Source: Acidobacteriota bacterium
GTDB lineage: Bacteria; Acidobacteriota; UBA6911; RPQK01; JAJDTT01
Direction: 5' to 3'
NCBI GenBank assembly: GCA_965263035.1
Contig: OZ253580.1
Location: forward strand, 4,608,001 to 4,672,000
Length of the DNA: 64,000 bases
Made by a program: the position numbers and the translations under genes. Below the pieces are notes generated by a model that was given only the letters and a program-made list of their open reading frames with translations, made no database searches and was not told the origin of the DNA. Shown here piece by piece: positions 52,742 to 62,607 of this stretch (position 1 is its first letter; each line of letters opens with the position of its first letter).

Positions 52742-53638
52742 GTGCCGAGACCGAATCATCGCGTGACAATGACCTTTCCCAGAGCCGGCTTCTTTCCCAT
52801 CGAAGTGACGGAGACCGAGAAGGAATATGAAGTCAAGATCGCTCCCGGTGAAAAAGAGCGGGCTAAAAAGATACCTGGCCGTCGATGGGATCCGAACCGA
52901 ACGCGTTGGGTGTATCCGAAGACGATAGCGTGTTATCGCGCTTTGAAGAGAGAGTTCGGACGCGATGCTGCGCTCTTTGACTTGCGGGAACCTGCCTCGA
53001 AACGGCTCCCGACGCCGGCTCCTCTTGATCCGACGCCCGGTGAACCAACGGTACGGAAGCGTTTGGAAGACCTCGACGAAGGCGTGAGAACGATTCTCAG
53101 CATTGTGGACAACGTCGAGAAGTCGACTCGGAAAACGCAGAAGCTGGTGGAGGACGCTCACCAGCCCTCAGAATCACGGACTGACGGCGAAATCGATCTC
53201 ACTAAGCGAACGAATCTCCAAGACCTGGAAAGGATGCTCAAGGAGTTGGCTTATCAGGTATCGGGAGACCCCTCCTTCAAGGTGTGGATGAGGGAGATGG
53301 AGCCCATCATGTATCCCCGTGAGTTCGTCGAGAGCACTCATGAAGAAATCAAAAGGAACTTTCAACAGATGCTCGGACTGGAAACCTCTGCCAGATACTC
53401 CTTTCCGGAAATCGTCTCCAAACTGCAAACGGAAGATCTTCTGCCCATGGATTCTGTTCCGAGGGCGTCCTACGTGCTTCGCACCATGAACGACCACAGA
53501 AACCGTTTTGCGCACGCTCGCCGCCATGATTTTTCAGACGCGGAACGCCTCACTCGTTCCATCATCTACCTTTTCAATCTGGCCCTTGTCTGGAACTACG
53601 TGGCTTCCGAGCCGATAGACGAAAATGGCGTGGAGTAG
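52742..53638 (+). CDS. Hypothetical protein with a C-terminal HEPN-like R-x4-H motif
   Basis: RNRFAH in a helical C-terminal domain; N-terminal IPGRRWDP..W; central coiled coil. Confidence 0.55.
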   Translation: MPRPNHRVTMTFPRAGFFPIEVTETEKEYEVKIAPGEKERAKKIPGRRWDPNRTRWVYPKTIACYRALKREFGRDAALFDLREPASKRLPTPAPLDPTPGEPTVRKRLEDLDEGVRTILSIVDNVEKSTRKTQKLVEDAHQPSESRTDGEIDLTKRTNLQDLERMLKELAYQVSGDPSFKVWMREMEPIMYPREFVESTHEEIKRNFQQMLGLETSARYSFPEIVSKLQTEDLLPMDSVPRASYVLRTMNDHRNRFAHARRHDFSDAERLTRSIIYLFNLALVWNYVASEPIDENGVE

Positions 53639-53686
53639 GGGCGGCTTTCCAGCCGCTGAAATCCGTGCTGCGGCAGGTCCGACCGG

Positions 53687-55540
53687 TCAGGGCAGCGCGT
53701 AGGCCACCAGCCCGTCGGAGGTGACGTCGCTGAACACGTTGCCGCCGCCCGCTGCGATCACCACGTACTGCTTGCCGCTCTTCTCGCCCCAGTAGGTCAT
53801 GGGGGTGGCATGGGCGTTGGCCTCCAGCAGGTCCACCCAGAGCTCCTCGCCGCTGGCGGCGTCGAAGGCCCGGAAACGGCGGTCGTTGGTGCCGCCGATG
53901 AAGACCAGCCCGCCGGCGGTGACGATGGAGCCTCCCAGGTTCGGGGTCCCCGTCTTGGGGACGCCCTTCTCCATCAGCTCGTCCACCACGCCGAGGGTGC
54001 TCTTCCAGACGATCTCGCCCCGGTTCAGATCCACGGCGTTGAGAGTGCCCCAGGGGGGTTCCTGGCAGGGCCATTTGTTGTCCTGCCAGAATCGGCGGCC
54101 CGCGCCGCGCGCGTTCCCCAGCTCGGTGACGTTCACGTAGAGGATCCCGGTCGTGGGATCGAACGAGGATCCGGACCAGTTGGCTCCGCCCAGGGATCCG
54201 GGCAGCATGAGGGTCGGCCCCTCTTGGCGGGGCGTGTAGATGCCCTCGTAGTGGAGCGAGTCGAAGAGCTCCAGACAGAATTCGTAGGACTCGGGCGTCA
54301 CCCGGCTCACCTCGTCCCGGGTCAGGTTGTGCCGAACCAACGGCGGCGGCTTGACGGTAATAGGCTGGGTGGGCCAGTTGTATCCACCCCCGGTCTGGGG
54401 CACCGGGCGCTCCTCCACCGGGAGCAACGGTTGGCCGGTCAGCCGATCCAGCACGAAGACCATGCCCATCTTGGTGGGCTGAGCCACCGCCGGGACCTCT
54501 CGTCCGTCTCGTTCCAGGGTCACCAGCGCGGGCTGAGCCGGGAGGTCGTAGTCCCAGGTGTCGTGGCGGACCATCTGGTAGTGCCAGATAAGTTTTCCGG
54601 TGAGGGCGTCAAGCACCAGCAAGGTGTTCCCGTAAAGATTCTGACCGTCACGGTCACCTCCCAGGGGCGACGCCGTGGGGGCGAACACCCAACCTCGCTC
54701 CGTGTCCACGCTGATGATGGACCAGGCGTTCGCGCCGGAACGGTCCGTCCAGGAGTCTCCCTCCCAGGTCTCGTTTCCCGGTTCGCCGGGGCGGGGAACG
54801 GTGTGGAACTCCCAGATCAGGTCACCCGTGAGCACGTCCCAGGCCCGGACCTTTCCGCTGGGTCCCTTCTTCTCCTGACCGGAGCTGAGCCGGGATCCGG
54901 TGACCACCACGTTCTTGTAGACGGCCACCGGGGAAGTGACCGTGTAGATGCCCTTGGGCCAGCGGGCGGTCATGCCCCCGTCCAGGTCCACCGACCCGCC
55001 CTCGCCGAATTCGGGGATCAATTGGCCCGTGCCGGCATCCAGCGCCAGCAGCCTGGCGTCTCCCGTCCCCATGAGGATCCGCCGCTGGGGTTTTCCGTCG
55101 ACGGTTCCCTCCCAGTACGAGACGCCCCGGTGTTGGAGGTAATAGCGGTCGTCGGTGCGGCCCTCCTGCGGGTCGAACTCCCAGAGCTCCCGGCCCGTCT
55201 CCGCCTCCAGGGCGATGATCCGGTTGGAAGGGGTGGACAGGTAAAGGACTCCATCCACCGCCAGAGGCGTGCATTCCCACGGCGCTTGCATCCGGTCGGG
55301 GATGGTCCGATGCGGGCGCTTCACCTCGCCCATCCGGTAGATCCAGGCCACCTCGAGTTCCTGGACGTTGGTGCGGTTGATCTGGGCCAGAGCGGAGTAC
55401 CTGGTCCCGCCCGCGTCCTTGCCGTAGTGGCGCCAGTCGTTGTCGTCGGAGGGATCGGGCGCCGGGACGCAAGCCGCCAGCAAGAGCGGGAGCAGGAAAA
55501 GGGTGTATGTCGATCTTATGCGGGATTTCATAGGGACCAT
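53687..55540 (-). CDS. PQQ-dependent glucose/quinate dehydrogenase family (probable lipoprotein)
   Basis: RYS.L.QIN..NV, ECTP, HDTWDYDLP and TAGGLVF; lipobox LAAC. Confidence 0.88.
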   Translation of the reverse strand: MVPMKSRIRSTYTLFLLPLLLAACVPAPDPSDDNDWRHYGKDAGGTRYSALAQINRTNVQELEVAWIYRMGEVKRPHRTIPDRMQAPWECTPLAVDGVLYLSTPSNRIIALEAETGRELWEFDPQEGRTDDRYYLQHRGVSYWEGTVDGKPQRRILMGTGDARLLALDAGTGQLIPEFGEGGSVDLDGGMTARWPKGIYTVTSPVAVYKNVVVTGSRLSSGQEKKGPSGKVRAWDVLTGDLIWEFHTVPRPGEPGNETWEGDSWTDRSGANAWSIISVDTERGWVFAPTASPLGGDRDGQNLYGNTLLVLDALTGKLIWHYQMVRHDTWDYDLPAQPALVTLERDGREVPAVAQPTKMGMVFVLDRLTGQPLLPVEERPVPQTGGGYNWPTQPITVKPPPLVRHNLTRDEVSRVTPESYEFCLELFDSLHYEGIYTPRQEGPTLMLPGSLGGANWSGSSFDPTTGILYVNVTELGNARGAGRRFWQDNKWPCQEPPWGTLNAVDLNRGEIVWKSTLGVVDELMEKGVPKTGTPNLGGSIVTAGGLVFIGGTNDRRFRAFDAASGEELWVDLLEANAHATPMTYWGEKSGKQYVVIAAGGGNVFSDVTSDGLVAYALP

Positions 55541-55576
55541 ATGATGCCACCTGAGAGAGGTGTTGTCAGTGACCTT

Positions 55577-55785
55577 GGGAGGGCGGTTTTCTTGCCGCCC
55601 ATTGGGACAGGCGACTTTCTTGTCGCCTGCCAGGAGGGGCGACTTTCTTGTCGCCCACTGGGACAGGCGACTTTCTTGTCGCCTGCTCTTCTTTTACTGC
55701 TATGCAATTCCGTGGCCGGAATGTGTAGAGTGGGGACTCCGTCCCCCCTGCCCCCCTGTTCGGCGCCAAGAAAGCCGCCGCTCCC
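55577..55785. repeat. Cluster of REP-like palindromes
   Basis: Three GGCGACTTTCTTGTCGCC copies plus variants. Confidence 0.8.
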
Positions 55786-55787
55786 AA

Positions 55788-56327
55788 CTACTGCCGAACA
55801 TGACAAACGTCGCAGCCGTTGGAAGCCTTGTGGGCCGCGTGACAGTCCATGCAGAAGGCCATGGAGGTGGGCTTCTCCTGAACCAATACCTCCCGCTTGG
55901 CCACCGGACCGTGGCAGGCGGCGCATTCGATCTTGGCGTCCACGGCGTGCAGCGCGTGTGAGAACCAGACATAGTCGGGGACCCGGTAGATCCGGACCCA
56001 CGGAATCGTCTCACCCGCTTTCACGGCCTTGGCCAGCTTCAGGATGTCCGGACTGTCGCTCTTGACGGCGGTGTGGCAGACCATGCACTTGGACTCGGCG
56101 GGCAGACCGGCCGTGAACCCCGGATCCTCGATGGGGTGGCAGAAGGCACACTTCAAGCCGGCGGCCATATGGACCTTGTGGCTGAAGGGGATGGGCTGAG
56201 GCTCCGGGGCCTTGTCTTCCGAGCGGGCAGCCCCGGTCGGGACACCGAGGAACAGAATCAGGCCAGCGACTCCAAGGCGTCGGCCCCGGGAGACCGGCTC
56301 AAGCCAGCGCGAAGGCCACGAACTCAT
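55788..56327 (-). CDS. Pentaheme cytochrome c (c3/ActA-like)
   Basis: QPIPFSHKVH; CAFCH, CMVCH, CAACH, CMDCH and CDVCH. Confidence 0.85.
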   Translation of the reverse strand: MSSWPSRWLEPVSRGRRLGVAGLILFLGVPTGAARSEDKAPEPQPIPFSHKVHMAAGLKCAFCHPIEDPGFTAGLPAESKCMVCHTAVKSDSPDILKLAKAVKAGETIPWVRIYRVPDYVWFSHALHAVDAKIECAACHGPVAKREVLVQEKPTSMAFCMDCHAAHKASNGCDVCHVRQ

Positions 56328-58200
56328 CGCCCGAATTGGAAACAGCCTGGCCGCCCCCGGCGGCGATGACCACATACTGCCGGCCCTCCGCCTCGTAGGT
56401 GGACGGGGTGGCGAAGCCGCCGGCGTTCAACTGATGCTCCCAGACCACGCGGCCGTTGCTGGAGTCGTAGGCGCGGAACTTCTTGTCGAAACTTCCCCCC
56501 ACGAAGATCAGGCCGCCGGCCGTGGCGATGGTCCCGCCGTGCATGGGGCTCCCGGTCCCGGTGATGCCACGGGCTTCCAACTCCGGGATCCTGCCCGCCA
56601 CCACTCGCCAGGCGAAGTCCCCCGAGTCCAGATCGATGGCCGTCAGGTAGCCCCACGGGGGCTTGATGACCGGGTACTTATCCGGATCCGACAGCTGGGC
56701 CCGCTCCGGCAGGGCGTAGTCGAAGGGCTGATCTTCCCGCGCCGGGGCCAACGTGATCCGGTTGGTCCATTCGCTGGTGTTGACGAAAAGCCGATTGGCC
56801 GCCGGGTCGTAGCTGCATCCGCCCCAGAGAGCTCCACCCCGGAAGCCCGGATGGATGATGGTCCCCTGGAGGCTGGGCGGAGTGTAGAGTGCGCCGACGC
56901 GGGAGCGGTCGTAGATCTCCTTCACGAAGGCGTGGGCTTCGGGCGTGATGTCGGTGATCTGGTCCGGCATGAACCCCTGCCGGCAGAGGGGAGGAGGCTT
57001 CACGGGAAAGGGCTGGGTGGGCCAGAGCTCCTCGCCCGGAACGTCCGAGGCGGGCATGGGCCGCTCCTCGACGGGGAAGACCGGTTTGCCCGTCTCCCGA
57101 TCGAAGAAGAAGGTCATCCCCATCTTGGTGGGCTGGACCACCGCCTCGAAAGTCCGCCCGCCCTGGGTCATGGTGATGAGGGCCGGCTGGCACGGAAGGT
57201 CGTAGTCCCAGACGTCGTGGTGGACGGTCTGGAAGTGCCATTGCCGCTCCCCGGTGGAGGCGTCGAGGGCCAGGACGCAGTTGCCGAACAGGTTGGCGCC
57301 CTTGCGGTTGCCCCCGTAGAAGTCGAAGGCGGGCGAGCCGACGGAGGCGAAGACCCAGCCCCGGGCCGGGTCCAGGCTCATGCCGCCCCAGTTGTTGGTC
57401 CCGCCCGTGGTTTTCCACGAGTCGCCTTCCCAGGTGTCGTTTCCGAACTGTCCCGGACGAGGCGTGGTGTGGAAGATCCAGCGCCGCTTTCCGGTGGCGG
57501 CGTCGTAGCCCCGGATGTGGCCCGGCGCCTCCGGGTAGGGGCCCTCCGCGCCGCCGCCTCCCACGATGATCAGGTCCCGGTAGGCCACCACCGGACTGGT
57601 CACGTTGAAGGAGAGTCCGGTCATGTCGTGGTCGAAGTCCTGCTTCAGGTCGATGACCCCGTCCTGGCCGAATCCGGGCGTCAGCTTCCCGGTGCCGGCG
57701 TCGATGGAGTAGAGCATGTCCTTGTCCGGCAGGAAGATCCGGCGGTCGTCCGGCCGGGTGGGGTTCTGCCAGTAGGTGACTCCCCGGTTGACGCCCGGGG
57801 ATCTCCGCAACGGCTTGCCGCCCTGGGGATCGAAGCTCCACAGTTTCCGGCCCGTGGCCGCATCCAGCGCATGCGCCCGGAGCTGGGCCGTGGAGATGTA
57901 CATCCGGCCGTCCACCACAATGGGCGTGCACTCGATGGTGGTGGCCGGTTTCCGTATGGCGTCGCCGGTGCGGTGGGTCCAGGCCACCTTCAGCTCGGAA
58001 ACGTTGGTCCGGTTGATCTGGTCCAGCGGTGAGTAGCGGCTGGCGCCCGCGTCTCCGCCATAGTTCTGCCACTCCCGGGCGGCCGGGTCCACAGCTTGCC
58101 GGGCCGGGGCGCAGGCGCTCCAGACGGCGGCCAACGCAGAGCTCGTCTTCAGAAAATGACGGCGGTCGATGGGGCCCTTCATGCCGGATGGGGCGGTCAT
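56299..58200 (-). CDS. PQQ-dependent dehydrogenase with a Tat signal
   Basis: DRRHFLK, RYSPLDQIN, ECTP and HHDVWDYDLP; ATG coupled to the upstream cytochrome stop. Confidence 0.88.
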   Translation of the reverse strand: MTAPSGMKGPIDRRHFLKTSSALAAVWSACAPARQAVDPAAREWQNYGGDAGASRYSPLDQINRTNVSELKVAWTHRTGDAIRKPATTIECTPIVVDGRMYISTAQLRAHALDAATGRKLWSFDPQGGKPLRRSPGVNRGVTYWQNPTRPDDRRIFLPDKDMLYSIDAGTGKLTPGFGQDGVIDLKQDFDHDMTGLSFNVTSPVVAYRDLIIVGGGGAEGPYPEAPGHIRGYDAATGKRRWIFHTTPRPGQFGNDTWEGDSWKTTGGTNNWGGMSLDPARGWVFASVGSPAFDFYGGNRKGANLFGNCVLALDASTGERQWHFQTVHHDVWDYDLPCQPALITMTQGGRTFEAVVQPTKMGMTFFFDRETGKPVFPVEERPMPASDVPGEELWPTQPFPVKPPPLCRQGFMPDQITDITPEAHAFVKEIYDRSRVGALYTPPSLQGTIIHPGFRGGALWGGCSYDPAANRLFVNTSEWTNRITLAPAREDQPFDYALPERAQLSDPDKYPVIKPPWGYLTAIDLDSGDFAWRVVAGRIPELEARGITGTGSPMHGGTIATAGGLIFVGGSFDKKFRAYDSSNGRVVWEHQLNAGGFATPSTYEAEGRQYVVIAAGGGQAVSNSGDEFVAFALA

Positions 58201-58595
58201 TTGGCGAACGTTCGGATGAAGTTCACAAGTTGCCACCGCTCCTCGTCGGAGAGCTTTTTCTGGTAGCCGGGCATGGGATCCTTGCCGTTGGTGATCTTCC
58301 AGAAGAACTCACCGTCGGTGACCTTGGCCATGGCTTCGGCGTCGTTGAACGGAGGGGGCTTCTCCTTGAGCATGCCTGCCACCGGACCATCCGCTCCTCC
58401 CGTATCACCGTGGCAGAACTTGCAGTTCTCGTCGTATTGCGTCCTCGCCGTGGCCATGGATTCGTCGGTGGCAGCATGGGGGTTCGTCATCTTCTTGGCC
58501 TCTTCGGGCGCCTCCCAATCGTGGGCGCCGGCGGCCAACAGGAGCAGGCAACTCCCCATCAGGCTCAGGATGAATCGAGTCGTGAATCTTCGCAT
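58197..58595 (-). CDS. Monoheme cytochrome c
   Basis: Signal peptide, CKFCHG and distal MP. Confidence 0.88.
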   Translation of the reverse strand: MRRFTTRFILSLMGSCLLLLAAGAHDWEAPEEAKKMTNPHAATDESMATARTQYDENCKFCHGDTGGADGPVAGMLKEKPPPFNDAEAMAKVTDGEFFWKITNGKDPMPGYQKKLSDEERWQLVNFIRTFAK

Positions 58596-58715
58596 GGATC
58601 CTATTCTCCGCAACTTCGTGGAATGTGCCGTGTGCCGGCATGATCCCGGTTTCGCCGGCCACGAGATTGTAACACTTCGGTTCTGCGCCGAACCGCTTGC
58701 CGCTGGCCGGTCGGG

Positions 58716-60596
58716 TCATTCCGGAACGGTCAGAACCAGCGCCGAGGCCCGGCCCGGGGCCTGGTAGACACTGTTCACCGCCGTCTTCAAGTGGGTGTGG
58801 CGTCCCAGGAACTCGCCCGTGTTGGGGTTGACGTCATAGAAGGGAAAGTTGCTGCCGGAGATGTCCAGGCGGACCCGGTGCCCCTTGTGGAACCGGTTCG
58901 CCGTGTCCCAGAGGTCGATCTCGACCCGGTAGACGGTGCCCGGCTCCATCAGCTCTTCCCGTTCCCGGGATTCGCGGAAACGCATCCTGAGGATGCCGTC
59001 TTCCAGGTTCATGGCGTACCCCTCCGGATAGTCGGACGAAGGCGGATAGACGTCCATGAGCTTCGCCGTGAAGTCGGTGTCCCTGGCCGTGGAGGAGACC
59101 CAGAGCTCCACCCGCATGGGACCGGCGATCTCCAGGTCCTCTTCCAGGGGCGGCGTCTGAAAGGAGAGCACGTCGGAGCGGGACGAGAGAGGGAGCTGGT
59201 CGGTGGCGGCGAACTCTCCCTCGATCGGGACCTGGTTCCGGGCGCCCCGCCGCACCAGTTGTTTCCCCGAGTCGATGTTGCCCCCGATGGTGGGCACCGG
59301 TTTCCTGGGATCGTACTCGAACCCGCTCCTGCCCGGTTCCTGAGGCGACTCGCGGCGAAGGCTGCCGTCGGGGTGCAGATACAGGCGCAGTTGCCGCGAC
59401 CCCGCGGGGGGCCAGGTACCGGAGCTCTTCCAGGCGCCGCTGCTCTGGAGCCTCCCCTTGTCGTTGCGTTTCGCCGATTCGGCGCCCATGACGAAGTACC
59501 GGACCGGAGGCTGCCGCTCCAGGTCCAGGTCCTTTCCCTTGAGGAACTGGTCGAACCACTTCACCGCCTTCTTCCGGAGCGTCATCTTCACCTCCGGCCC
59601 GAAGTCGACGTCCCCGGCGTACGTCCGCCCCGTGGAGTGGGTCCAGGGGCCAACCAGGAGATGGACGTAACCCTGGCGGCCGGTCAGGCCCTGAAAGTTC
59701 CTCAAGGTCCCCCGTTTGAAGATGTCGTACCAGCCGCCGATGAAGCAGATGGGGATGTCCGGGTATTGGGAGTGTCGCTCCTCGAAGTTGTAGCCGTTCT
59801 GCTTCCAGTAGTCGTCGTAGGTGGGATGCGCTCTCCAGTCCGCGTACCAGCGGGCATAGGAGGGCGTCCAGGACAACGGCGAGGTGGACTTGAGGGGCGC
59901 CGCCATGAGCCAGCTCGCCAGTTGCTCGTTGGCGCGGTTCAGGGCCGCCAGGGTGGGGATTTCCTCTTCCGCATCCGGGTCCCCGGATTGGGCCTCCTTG
60001 CCCCACTGCGCCAGGCGGAACCCGTAGGCCATGTTGTGCAGCAAGGCGAATGCACCCCCTCGGCCCGCTCCGTCCTCGATGTAGTTGGAGGTGCCCACGT
60101 AGGCGAACATGGTCTTCAGGTGAGGCGGTCTCAGGACCGCCAGAGCGTTCTGGCAGGCGGCCCCATAGGATCCACCGTAGGTCCCCACGTCGCCGCTGGA
60201 CCAGGGTTGGGCGGCGATCCATTCCACGGCGTCGTATCCGTCCTCGCCCTCGTTGACGTAGATGTAGAATTCCCCCTCCGAATCGTACCGACCCCGCGTG
60301 TCCTGGATCGCCACCGCGTAGCCGTGGGTGGTGAAGAACTCGGCGGGCGCGGCCGATCTGCTCTTCCCGTAGGGGTGCCGAATGAGGATGGTGGGGAAGG
60401 GGCCGGGAGGCGTGGTCTCGCCATTGGGCAGGTAGACGTCGGTCGCCAGGCGGACGCCGTCTCGCATCGGCGCCATGACGTTCTTCCAGATCCGGACCTG
60501 AATCGGGCCCTCGGGAGGCCGGGCATGGGAAGTGAGAGTCAATCCGATGGCGACGGCGGCCGCAGCCACCAGCAACCAGATTCGTTGTGCCGTCAT
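58716..60596 (-). CDS. CocE/NonD-family serine hydrolase
   Basis: MRDGVRLATDVYLP, GGSYG, GGWYD and GPWTH. Confidence 0.9.
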   Translation of the reverse strand: MTAQRIWLLVAAAAVAIGLTLTSHARPPEGPIQVRIWKNVMAPMRDGVRLATDVYLPNGETTPPGPFPTILIRHPYGKSRSAAPAEFFTTHGYAVAIQDTRGRYDSEGEFYIYVNEGEDGYDAVEWIAAQPWSSGDVGTYGGSYGAACQNALAVLRPPHLKTMFAYVGTSNYIEDGAGRGGAFALLHNMAYGFRLAQWGKEAQSGDPDAEEEIPTLAALNRANEQLASWLMAAPLKSTSPLSWTPSYARWYADWRAHPTYDDYWKQNGYNFEERHSQYPDIPICFIGGWYDIFKRGTLRNFQGLTGRQGYVHLLVGPWTHSTGRTYAGDVDFGPEVKMTLRKKAVKWFDQFLKGKDLDLERQPPVRYFVMGAESAKRNDKGRLQSSGAWKSSGTWPPAGSRQLRLYLHPDGSLRRESPQEPGRSGFEYDPRKPVPTIGGNIDSGKQLVRRGARNQVPIEGEFAATDQLPLSSRSDVLSFQTPPLEEDLEIAGPMRVELWVSSTARDTDFTAKLMDVYPPSSDYPEGYAMNLEDGILRMRFRESREREELMEPGTVYRVEIDLWDTANRFHKGHRVRLDISGSNFPFYDVNPNTGEFLGRHTHLKTAVNSVYQAPGRASALVLTVPE

Positions 60597-60827
60597 GGAA
60601 ATCCCTCCAGTCGTGGATTCACAAGGAATCCACAGGCGATCGACAGGAAACCCACCGGCAATCCACAAGTGTTTCCAAGCCGATCGACGAATTGTTGCCG
60701 ATGGAACGGTCCATCATAACCAGAGGCATCAAAAGTGAGAACCAGCCACCCGCTCCTCTCTCCTCATTTTGCGGTATCTTGAGGCCGGTTTGGACAACTG
60801 AGAGACAACCATTTGGGAGCATAACGA

Positions 60828-61871
60828 ATGACGAATCAATCGCATCGGGCAGTGATCATGGGTCTGGGCTACATCGGCGGCGCGGACCAGGTCTCGGGAG
60901 ACGCGCTGGGCCAGTTGGTGGTGGACCTGGACGGGACCCACATCGACGCCCTGGCCAACCATCCGCGGGTCGAGGTGGTGGCCGGCAGCAGCCGGGACCT
61001 GGGCCGGCGGGAACGGTTCACCGAACGGACCGGAATCGGGACCTATGCCGACTGGCGGGAGATGCTGGAGAAGGAAAAGCCCGACGTGGTGAGCGTAGCC
61101 ACCTACACTCCGGTCCACAAGGAGATGACGGTGGTCTGTGCCCGGCAGGGGGCCCGGGCCATCCTCTGCGAGAAACCCATCGCCAATACCGTGGCCGATG
61201 GTCACGACATGGTGGACGCCTGCGAGGAGTCGGGCTCGTTGCTGGCCATCAACCACAACCGGCGTTTCAATCCCAACTACCGGAGGCTGCGGGACCATAT
61301 CGCCGCCGGAGGACTGGGCGAGTTGACCTCGGTGACGGCCCAGTGGAGCAGCGGACGCCTGGGAAACGTGGGGACCCACGTCTTCGACGCCATCCGGCTC
61401 ATCACTGGGCGCCGGGTCGAAGCCGTCTCGGGGACGCTGGACCTGGCCGGGAAGCCCGACTGCCGGGGACCCGCGTTTCAGGACCCGGGAGGATGGGGCG
61501 TGATGCGGTTGGAAGGAGGCCTCATGACCACGGTGGACGCCGCCGACTACGCCCGGGTCCCCATGGCCATCGGCTTCAACGGCACCGAGGGCCGAGCCAC
61601 CACCGGAGGTGAGGAGGTACGGATCGAGTACTGGGACGGCCGGAACGAGGAGTGGCCGAGTCCCCGGACCCAAGCCACCTCAATGGACGTGGCGGTAGGC
61701 GAGATCGTGGATTGGCTGGAGGGGACCGCCCCCTTCCCCTATCCGGCCGTGGAAGCGGTCGAGACCCTGGAAGCCATCGCCGGCTTCCACCTCTCCCACG
61801 CCCGCTCGGGCGCCTGGGTGGAGCTGCCGCTCGAAGGCGAGGACCGGAACACCGTAGTCAATAGCGGATAA
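60828..61871 (+). CDS. Gfo/Idh/MocA oxidoreductase
   Basis: GLGYIG, CEKP, NHNRRF and GTHVFD. Confidence 0.88.
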   Translation: MTNQSHRAVIMGLGYIGGADQVSGDALGQLVVDLDGTHIDALANHPRVEVVAGSSRDLGRRERFTERTGIGTYADWREMLEKEKPDVVSVATYTPVHKEMTVVCARQGARAILCEKPIANTVADGHDMVDACEESGSLLAINHNRRFNPNYRRLRDHIAAGGLGELTSVTAQWSSGRLGNVGTHVFDAIRLITGRRVEAVSGTLDLAGKPDCRGPAFQDPGGWGVMRLEGGLMTTVDAADYARVPMAIGFNGTEGRATTGGEEVRIEYWDGRNEEWPSPRTQATSMDVAVGEIVDWLEGTAPFPYPAVEAVETLEAIAGFHLSHARSGAWVELPLEGEDRNTVVNSG

Positions 61872-61977
61872 AGGAGGGGCGATTTCTAATCGCCCGCTGG
61901 GAGGGGCGACTTTCTTGTCGCCCATTCTTCTTTCTCTTTCGTCGATAAAGAAATCGGCGGCAAGAAAGCCGCCGCTC
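61872..61977. repeat. REP-like palindromes; the last one is the intron target
   Basis: GGAGGGGCGATTTCTAATCGCCC, GGAGGGGCGACTTTCTTGTCGCCC and inverted GGCGGCAAGAAAGCCGCCGCTC. Confidence 0.8.
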
Positions 61978-62607
61978 GTGCGCCCGACATGGGCTGTATC
62001 TAAGGGATGAAAGATCCCAAGGGAGGTGATGGGACCAACCCTAGCCGAACCGCAAGGCGTAGCCGCGAGGTGAAGCTGAAGGAAGCGGAAGGCAAACCCA
62101 CGACCGCAGGAACACGAACCGGCAGCGAGGCCGGGTGCGGGCGGTGAGCTGGTGAGCAACAGCGAAACCCGAACCCCATCCAGACGTACCAGGTAGAGCC
62201 GGGCGGCCCGGGGGGAAAGATGCAGCACCTTACTCGGGGAGATCTCAAGGGTGAGAGCCTTTGAGAAGTCAGCAGAGGTCATAGTAGCGAAGAAGCCGGA
62301 TAATGCCGGTGGAGCGAAGGACCGAAGGAGTCGGACTGGCCCTATGGTGGACTCGTCAGCGGGATCGCAACTACCTCCGGAAACGGGGCGGGGGGAGGCC
62401 CCTCGGACCCGGCACGGAAGGCCCAAGGGTGGAACCCGTCAAGCCGGAAGGGCGGAGATCAAGTCCCAGCGGCGGCGAAAACCGGAAAGAAAGGCCCTTT
62501 ACGAGGCTCGAAAGAGCCTCGAGTGACTCCAACCGCCGGATACTGAAAACGGTACGTCCGGTGGTGTGGGAGGGTGCAGGGGCGCAATCCCCTGCACTCG
62601 ACCCGAT
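61978..62607 (+). ncRNA. ORF-less group II intron, class C-like (630 nt)
   Basis: 5' GTGCG; domain V ACCGCCGGATAC...GTACGTCCGGTGGT with CGC triad; domain VI hairpin ending ACCCGAT; AAGTCAGCAGAG...GAAGGACCGAA domain III context; no RT ORF. Confidence 0.85.

Noticed and set aside
53810-60719. Long plus-strand ORFs (751, 606 and 642 aa)
   Set aside because: Antisense shadows of the PQQ dehydrogenase and CocE genes.
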